Shown: positions 58,409 through 64,000 of the stretch, one piece after another
How positions within the stretch are numbered: the first letter of the stretch is position 1
How the letters are laid out: each line of letters opens with the position of its first letter
Assembly (NCBI GenBank): GCA_023137125.1
Contig: JAGLPW010000049.1
Coordinates: 204 to 64,203 of the forward strand
DNA: 64,000 nucleotides
DNA from: Candidatus Cloacimonadota bacterium
GTDB lineage: Bacteria > Cloacimonadota > Cloacimonadia > Cloacimonadales > TCS61
Direction of reading: 5' to 3'
Program-made: the position numbers and the translations under genes
The notes under the pieces: generated by a model
Seen by the model: only the letters and a program-made list of their open reading frames with translations
The model's database searches: none
What the model was told of the DNA's origin: nothing

Positions 58409-60817
58409 ATGAGAAGAATGATGATATTTTCTTGTTTGATTTTTGTTTTTCATTTATCAGCAATAATAATAAATATTCCAGATGATCAACCAACAATACA
58501 AGAAGGTATAAATGTATCTGTTGATGGTGACACTGTATTAGTGCAACCTGGTTCATATATTGAAAATATTAATTACAATGGTAAAAATATTACTGTCGCT
58601 TCCTTATACCTAACAACTCAAGATACTACTTATATTTCTGAAACAATAATCGATGGAAATCAAGATAATAGTGTTATAATATTTGAAAATGAGGAAAATC
58701 AAACTTCACTTTTAACAGGTTTCAAAATAATTAATGGATTAGGATACTATCACAATTATTATGATGTTAATTATGGAGGTGGAATAACTTGTATAGACAG
58801 TTCTCCAACAATTAAAAATAACATTATTTTTAATAACAATTCAGTATGTGGTGGTGGAATTGCCATTTCAAGTTTTAGTTATCCAACAATTGAAAATTGC
58901 GAAATATTAAATAATTCTGTAACTTCTCGTGGAGGTGGAATTTATTGTATTTATGGAGCCACACCTGTATTAAGAAACTTGAATATCCATAATAATTCAG
59001 CTGACGGTAATGGTGGCGGATTATGCTTAATACTTCACTCAATTGTTGAACTTGAAGGGATAAATATTCATAATAATAACGGTGGTGGGTTATATCTTAA
59101 TGGAGGTTTTGGAAGTTCAGGAGTAGTCCAATTTTCTTCGATTAATCACTGTAATATATACCAAAATTATGGTCTTGCATTAGGTAACGATATAGAAATG
59201 TATTCATGTCAAATTCCTGACGTAATTTTAGATACTTTCACTGTTTCTAATCCAACAGATTATTATTTATCACATTCCAATGAAGTAATCTTTGAGATTC
59301 TAAACTCTACCAATCCTGAATTAATTTCATCTGATTTTTATGTTTCTCCATACGGTAATAATTATAATAGCGGATTGTCTCCTGAATTTCCCTTAAAAAC
59401 TGTTACAAAGGCAATTTCATCAATCTATACCGATAGTTTAAATGCAAATACAATACACCTTGCACAAGGAATTTATTCAGAAAGTTCCAATGGTGAATCA
59501 TTTCCGCTTGGTATTCTTTCTTATTTAGAAATAACGAGTGAGTTTAGTAACGAAGTTTTAATCGATGCAATGGGAAACAACTATGGGATGTATGCTCTTT
59601 ATTCTGAAAATTGTACCATTAATAATTTAGTAATACAAAATAGTAATAATGCGGGAATTAGAGGAGAACAATCTCATCTAGAAATCTTCAACACGAACAT
59701 TTCTAACAATAATTCAGGTATTAGTATTAATGATACTTATTTAACGCTATGTAACGTAGAGGTTATTGATAATCATAGTGATAATAGTTATCGAGGTGGA
59801 GTATCATGTTTTGATTCCAATATTGATATTTTTGATTGTAACATTTCAAATAATTCTTCAGAACACGTAGGTGGAATTAAAGCAATTAGCTCAACTTTAA
59901 TTGCTCAAAATTCGATTATTGAAAATAATTTTTCAGAATTAAGAGGAGGTGGATGCATTTTATCAAATGGTAATTATACTTTTATTAATACTAAAATTTG
60001 TGATAACATATCTGATGAGAATGGTGCGGCAATTCATTGTTGGTATAATGTTGAACTAAATCTGATTAATTGCACTATAGCTGGTAATCAGGCAATGATC
60101 AATGGCGGTGCATTATATTTACGCCAGTTAAGCAATGTATCTATTATTAATTCAATTCTATATGATAACATTCCTCAAGAAATTTTTTTAAGTGAAAGTA
60201 CATATTCACAATTTCTACAAGTTGACTATTCAAACATACAAGGTGGTGAATCTGCTCTTGAAGAATTTGAATATTTGGAACTTGAATGGGGAGATGGAAA
60301 CTTAGACTTAAATCCACTTTTCTCAAGTAATTTGGAACCTTCCTATTTTCTAAGTATTGACTCTCCGTGTATAGATGCAGGAATTCAAGATACAACTGGT
60401 TTAAATATTCCTGAGGTTGATTTGCTTGGAAACACAAGACTATATGATGGAGACAATAATGGTATCGCAATAATTGATATGGGAGCCTATGAATGGAATC
60501 CAAATGTCTCAATAGATGAATATACGGTTACACCTACCAATTATTCACTTTCTCAAAATTACCCAAATCCTTTCAATCCATCAACAACAATTTCCTTCAC
60601 AATTCAAGAAGATAGTAATATTGAAATCTCATTATACAACATCAAAGGGCAGAAGATAAAATCACTTTTAAGCGACCAAATAACAGCAGGAGAGCATTCA
60701 ATTGTCTGGAATGGTGAAGATGCTTCAGGGAAGAAAGTAGGGTCAGGTATTTATCTTTACAAGCTTAATATGAATGGTAAAATGGAAGCAGTTAAGAAAT
60801 GTTTACTGTTGAAATGA
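58409..60817 (+). CDS. T9SS-sorted right-handed beta-helix (PbH1/Pmp-like GGxI repeat) surface protein
   Basis: Signal peptide, many N-x-x-GGGI/L repeats, the conserved segment SPCIDAG..DTTGLN..D..GN.R and the CTD NYPNPFNPSTTISF...KKCLLLK. Confidence 0.82.
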   Translation: MRRMMIFSCLIFVFHLSAIIINIPDDQPTIQEGINVSVDGDTVLVQPGSYIENINYNGKNITVASLYLTTQDTTYISETIIDGNQDNSVIIFENEENQTSLLTGFKIINGLGYYHNYYDVNYGGGITCIDSSPTIKNNIIFNNNSVCGGGIAISSFSYPTIENCEILNNSVTSRGGGIYCIYGATPVLRNLNIHNNSADGNGGGLCLILHSIVELEGINIHNNNGGGLYLNGGFGSSGVVQFSSINHCNIYQNYGLALGNDIEMYSCQIPDVILDTFTVSNPTDYYLSHSNEVIFEILNSTNPELISSDFYVSPYGNNYNSGLSPEFPLKTVTKAISSIYTDSLNANTIHLAQGIYSESSNGESFPLGILSYLEITSEFSNEVLIDAMGNNYGMYALYSENCTINNLVIQNSNNAGIRGEQSHLEIFNTNISNNNSGISINDTYLTLCNVEVIDNHSDNSYRGGVSCFDSNIDIFDCNISNNSSEHVGGIKAISSTLIAQNSIIENNFSELRGGGCILSNGNYTFINTKICDNISDENGAAIHCWYNVELNLINCTIAGNQAMINGGALYLRQLSNVSIINSILYDNIPQEIFLSESTYSQFLQVDYSNIQGGESALEEFEYLELEWGDGNLDLNPLFSSNLEPSYFLSIDSPCIDAGIQDTTGLNIPEVDLLGNTRLYDGDNNGIAIIDMGAYEWNPNVSIDEYTVTPTNYSLSQNYPNPFNPSTTISFTIQEDSNIEISLYNIKGQKIKSLLSDQITAGEHSIVWNGEDASGKKVGSGIYLYKLNMNGKMEAVKKCLLLK

Positions 60818-60821
60818 ATGA

Positions 60822-60877
60822 TGCTGCTAACAAGTGTATCTGTGGATTCCCAAAGCATACACGAAACATTAGCAGCA
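60822..60877 (+). repeat. structured intergenic element, copy 2
   Basis: Outer arms TGCTGCTAA / TTAGCAGCA with inner stem GTGTAT..ATACAC. Confidence 0.6.
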
Positions 60878-60899
60878 ACTTAAAAAATTGGAGGTTGAT

Positions 60900-62474
60900 T
60901 TGAAAAAGAGTATTCTCGTAATTATTCTTCTAACTAATTGGATTCTACTTTTTCCCCAAACATCAATACCTGCTGGAAATGTTTCAGGAAATTGGTTGAT
61001 AAACGGTTCTCCTTACTTAATTGAAGGTGAAATATCGATTCCTGATGGAGAAACATTAACAATTGATCCAGGAGTACTTATCGAATTCCAAGGACATTAC
61101 AAGTTTAATGTTCAAGGACAATTACTTGCTGTTGGTACTATGCAGGATTCCATTCATTTCACAGTTAATGATACGACAGGTTTTTCTAACCCGAATATTC
61201 CCGATGGTGGATGGCATGGAATCCGATTCGATAATACACCAACTACAAATGATTCCTCAAAAATTGTTTATTGTCATTTAGAGTATGGTAAGGCTTTGGG
61301 AGCTAATCCCGATTATATGGGTGGCTCAATATTTTGTTCAGCATTGTCCTCTGGATTTTCAAAACTCCAAATTACAAATTCAAAAATTTCAAAAAATTAT
61401 GCTGGATGTGGTGGTGGAATTGCACTTTATTTTTGTACGGTAAATCTAAGAAACAACTATATTACCAAAAACATTTCTGGTAATAAAGGAGGAGGAATTT
61501 ATTGTCGAAACTCTTACTTAAATTCAGGATCAAGTATTGAATCAAATAAAATATATCATAATATTGCATTCCAAAAAGGTGGAGGTATTTGTGGTACAAG
61601 ATTAAAGGTAAGTAATACATTGATACATTCAAATATTGCGGAAAATGGTGGAGGTATTTGTATTGAGGGTAGCAGCAATATTATAAATTGCACTTTAAGT
61701 GAAAATACTGCTCAATTGAAGGGAGGAGGTTTGTTTTGTACAGATTCTGATATGTCGGAAGTGTATAATTGTATTATTGTGGATAATAATGCAATTATAG
61801 AAGGTAATGAAATAGCTCTGAATGCGTATTGGTATATGATTCCTTGGGGGTATGTTTTTGTTCCGGCAAACATTACTCTAGAATATAATAATATCAAAGA
61901 GGGATATGGTGAAATAAGCCTGAATTATGAAGGTTCAACACCGCAATATCCAATAATTTATAATATCATTTATAATAACAACTTAGATTCTAATCCTTTA
62001 TATATTGATCCAGAAAATCAAGATTTCCATCTATTAAGTGAATCTCCATGCATAAATAGTGGTACACCAGATACAACTGGATTGAATTTACCAGATTTTG
62101 ATTTGGATGGAAATCCGAGAATTTTTGATAATCAAATTGATATGGGTTGTTACGAATGGCAAGGAACTGGAGTAGTAAATGAAGAATTACAAATTGATAA
62201 TTTCAAATTAAATAACTACCCCAATCCTTTCAATCCAACTACCACAATTGAGTTTTCAATCCAAAATGATTCCAACGTTGAACTAACTATTCACAATATT
62301 AAAGGACAAAATATCAAAATTATAGCTAACAATGAATTTAATAAAGGTAATCATTCAATTATCTGGAATGGTGATGATGAAAATGGAGAAACAGTTGGTT
62401 CAGGAGTTTATCTGTATAAACTAAATGTTAACGGTAATACTGAAGCAGTTAGGAAATGTCTGTTATTGAAATAG
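60900..62474 (+). CDS. T9SS-sorted right-handed beta-helix surface protein
   Basis: I set the start at TTG 60900 because the track start at 60888 is itself the GGAGG RBS. Contains GGGI repeats, SPCINSG..DTTGLN and the CTD NYPNPFNPTTTIEF...RKCLLLK. Confidence 0.8.
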   Translation: MKKSILVIILLTNWILLFPQTSIPAGNVSGNWLINGSPYLIEGEISIPDGETLTIDPGVLIEFQGHYKFNVQGQLLAVGTMQDSIHFTVNDTTGFSNPNIPDGGWHGIRFDNTPTTNDSSKIVYCHLEYGKALGANPDYMGGSIFCSALSSGFSKLQITNSKISKNYAGCGGGIALYFCTVNLRNNYITKNISGNKGGGIYCRNSYLNSGSSIESNKIYHNIAFQKGGGICGTRLKVSNTLIHSNIAENGGGICIEGSSNIINCTLSENTAQLKGGGLFCTDSDMSEVYNCIIVDNNAIIEGNEIALNAYWYMIPWGYVFVPANITLEYNNIKEGYGEISLNYEGSTPQYPIIYNIIYNNNLDSNPLYIDPENQDFHLLSESPCINSGTPDTTGLNLPDFDLDGNPRIFDNQIDMGCYEWQGTGVVNEELQIDNFKLNNYPNPFNPTTTIEFSIQNDSNVELTIHNIKGQNIKIIANNEFNKGNHSIIWNGDDENGETVGSGVYLYKLNVNGNTEAVRKCLLLK

Positions 62475-62478
62475 AAGA

Positions 62479-62534
62479 TGCTGCTAACAGGTGTATCTGT
62501 TGAGTTGCACAGCATACACAGATCATTAGCAGCA
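62479..62534 (+). repeat. structured intergenic element, copy 3
   Basis: Outer arms TGCTGCTAA / TTAGCAGCA with inner stem GTGTATCTGT / ACAGCATACAC. Confidence 0.6.
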
Positions 62535-62555
62535 ACTTAATACTTGGAGGTGAAA

Positions 62556-64000
62556 ATGAGAATTTTAATGATTGTTTTATGTCTTGTTTTTGTTTGTCAT
62601 TTATCAGCAACAATAATTAATGTTCCTGCAGATCAGCCAACAATACAAGAGGGAATTAATGCATCAGTTGATACGGACACAGTTCTCGTGCAGTCCGGAA
62701 CTTATGTGGAGAACATTAACTACAATGGAAAGAACATTACGGTTGCTTCATTATTTTATACAACTCAGGACACATCTTATATTTCCCAAACAATAATTGA
62801 CGGTAATCAAAACGGTAGTGTTGTAACGTTTGAAAGTGGAGAGGATTCTACTGCTGTCTTATCGGGTTTTACTATTACTAATGGTGATAATGGGGCTGGA
62901 GGTGGAATTCGCTGTGTTGTATCAAATCCTAAACTTATAAATCTAATAATTTCTAACAATAGTGCAGGTGCTAATGGTGGAGGGATTTGCTGTGCTGAAT
63001 CCAGTCCAAGTTTAGATAATGTTATAATAATTAATAATTCTGCCGGATGGGGTGGTGGAGTTATGTTTCATAATTCAAATTCAAGCTTTCAGAATGTTGT
63101 AATAACAGGAAATTTTGCTTGGGATAGTGGTGGAGGAATTGATTTTTATACTTGTAATCCAGATTTAGAAAATGTCTTAATTGCAGGAAATCAAGCAGTT
63201 GATAAAGGTGGTGGGATTTTCTTTGAATTACTATGCAATCCGAATTTAGTAAATGTTATAATAACAGATAATTCTGCTGAATATGGTGGAGGTATTTTCA
63301 GTTGGATATCGAATTCAAATTTAATAAATGTTACATTATCAAACAATTCTGCTGATTTTGGTGGTGGGATCTACTGTCGTGATGCTAATCCAAATTTAGT
63401 TAATTGTATTCTATGGAATGATTTACCCGAAGAGACCTATTTTGATGAATCTTTTGGTTCTAATTCAATAACAATTTCATATACTGATATTCAAGGTGGA
63501 GAAGCTGGAATTGTAACAAACAATAATGGTATAGTGAATTGGTTGGAAGGAAACATTAATGAAGATCCATTATTTCTAGGAATCGGAGAGCATTCATATT
63601 CTTTGTTTGAAGGCTCTCCATGCATAGATGCAGGGACACCGGATACGACTGGATTAAATCTTCCTGAGTACGATTTGGCTGGGAATCCTCGTATTTTTGG
63701 AGGTAGAATTGATATGGGAGCTTATGAATGGCAGGGAACTCCGGTTGGAGAGGAGGAATTAGTTGTGATGAATTGGAATTTATTCAATTACCCAAATCCC
63801 TTTAATCCGACCACAACGATAAGCTTTGATATAAAAGAAAATGAAACAGGAATCCTGAAAATATTTAACATAAAAGGACAAATAATTGAATCACATCAAT
63901 TTGAATTCGGAGAGCTTAACTATTTATGGGATGCATCAGGACAAGCTTCAGGTGTTTACCTTTATAAGTTACAGACACAAACTATAACTGAAACAAGAAA
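62556..64000 (+). CDS. T9SS-sorted right-handed beta-helix surface protein, 3' end outside window (absent from the ORF track because no stop is reached)
   Basis: My hand translation from ATG 62556 is open to nt 64000. The N-terminus, MRILMIVLCLVFVCHLSATIINVPADQPTIQEGINASVDTDTVLVQSGTYVENINYNGKNITVAS, is nearly identical to that of the 58409 gene. The CTD NYPNPFNPTTTISFD...GVYLYKLQT lies at the end. Confidence 0.82.
   Translation, partial: MRILMIVLCLVFVCHLSATIINVPADQPTIQEGINASVDTDTVLVQSGTYVENINYNGKNITVASLFYTTQDTSYISQTIIDGNQNGSVVTFESGEDSTAVLSGFTITNGDNGAGGGIRCVVSNPKLINLIISNNSAGANGGGICCAESSPSLDNVIIINNSAGWGGGVMFHNSNSSFQNVVITGNFAWDSGGGIDFYTCNPDLENVLIAGNQAVDKGGGIFFELLCNPNLVNVIITDNSAEYGGGIFSWISNSNLINVTLSNNSADFGGGIYCRDANPNLVNCILWNDLPEETYFDESFGSNSITISYTDIQGGEAGIVTNNNGIVNWLEGNINEDPLFLGIGEHSYSLFEGSPCIDAGTPDTTGLNLPEYDLAGNPRIFGGRIDMGAYEWQGTPVGEEELVVMNWNLFNYPNPFNPTTTISFDIKENETGILKIFNIKGQIIESHQFEFGELNYLWDASGQASGVYLYKLQTQTITETR

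Noticed and set aside
60822-60884. 20-codon mini-ORFs (MLLTSVSVDSQSIHETLAAT and MLLTGVSVELHSIHRSLAAT) inside the spacer elements, read as conserved peptides
   Set aside because: Copy 1 (58309-58374) shifts and terminates differently while preserving the complementary arms, and none of the copies has an RBS. Conservation is better explained by nucleic-acid structure. This is kept as an alternative under the spacer finding.
1-64000. CRISPR arrays, tRNA, rRNA and tmRNA genes
   Set aside because: I found no regularly spaced direct repeats and no cloverleaf-like GC-rich segments of 70-90 nt in the intergenic regions. Every long non-coding stretch is AT-rich or is explained by the hairpin elements described above.

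Overview
AT-rich bacterial chromosome segment. The T9SS-type C-terminal sorting domains and a PorX-like regulator suggest an FCB-superphylum organism, possibly Cloacimonadota-like; this is a guess from sequence style only. All calls come from reading motifs in the supplied translations and the DNA; no database search was run. There are four blocks. (1) 1-8.4 kb, housekeeping: priA (5' partial), acyl-CoA dehydrogenase, queH, panB, a PorX-like REC+PglZ response regulator and tsaE. (2) About 8.9-44.3 kb, a roughly 35 kb mosaic surface-glycan super-locus. It holds a heptose kinase-like gene, gmd/fcl, a pseudaminic acid pathway (pseB, C, F, G, I plus GNATs), wzx, a wzy/ligase-like gene, a GtrA/GT2/GT-C trio, GT2/GT4 transferases, acetyltransferases, an initiating sugar-phosphate transferase, two sugar dehydrogenases and several SDR epimerases. 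An IS630-like transposase remnant interrupts it, and its core is very AT-rich. (3) About 44.4-56.2 kb, a phage-derived island with no integrase and no structural genes. It contains an SSB, an XRE repressor with a palindromic operator, a four-gene operon of unrecognisable proteins, a Sak4-like ATPase, a Cas4-like nuclease, and a MoxR-type AAA+ / unknown / metallopeptidase-VWA triad. This is the best candidate for an undescribed system. (4) 56.5-64.0 kb, a tandem array of four T9SS-sorted surface proteins (one 7-repeat propeller+PKD protein and three beta-helix paralogs, the last 3' partial). These genes are separated by a conserved structured intergenic element. I found no rRNA, tRNA or CRISPR array.
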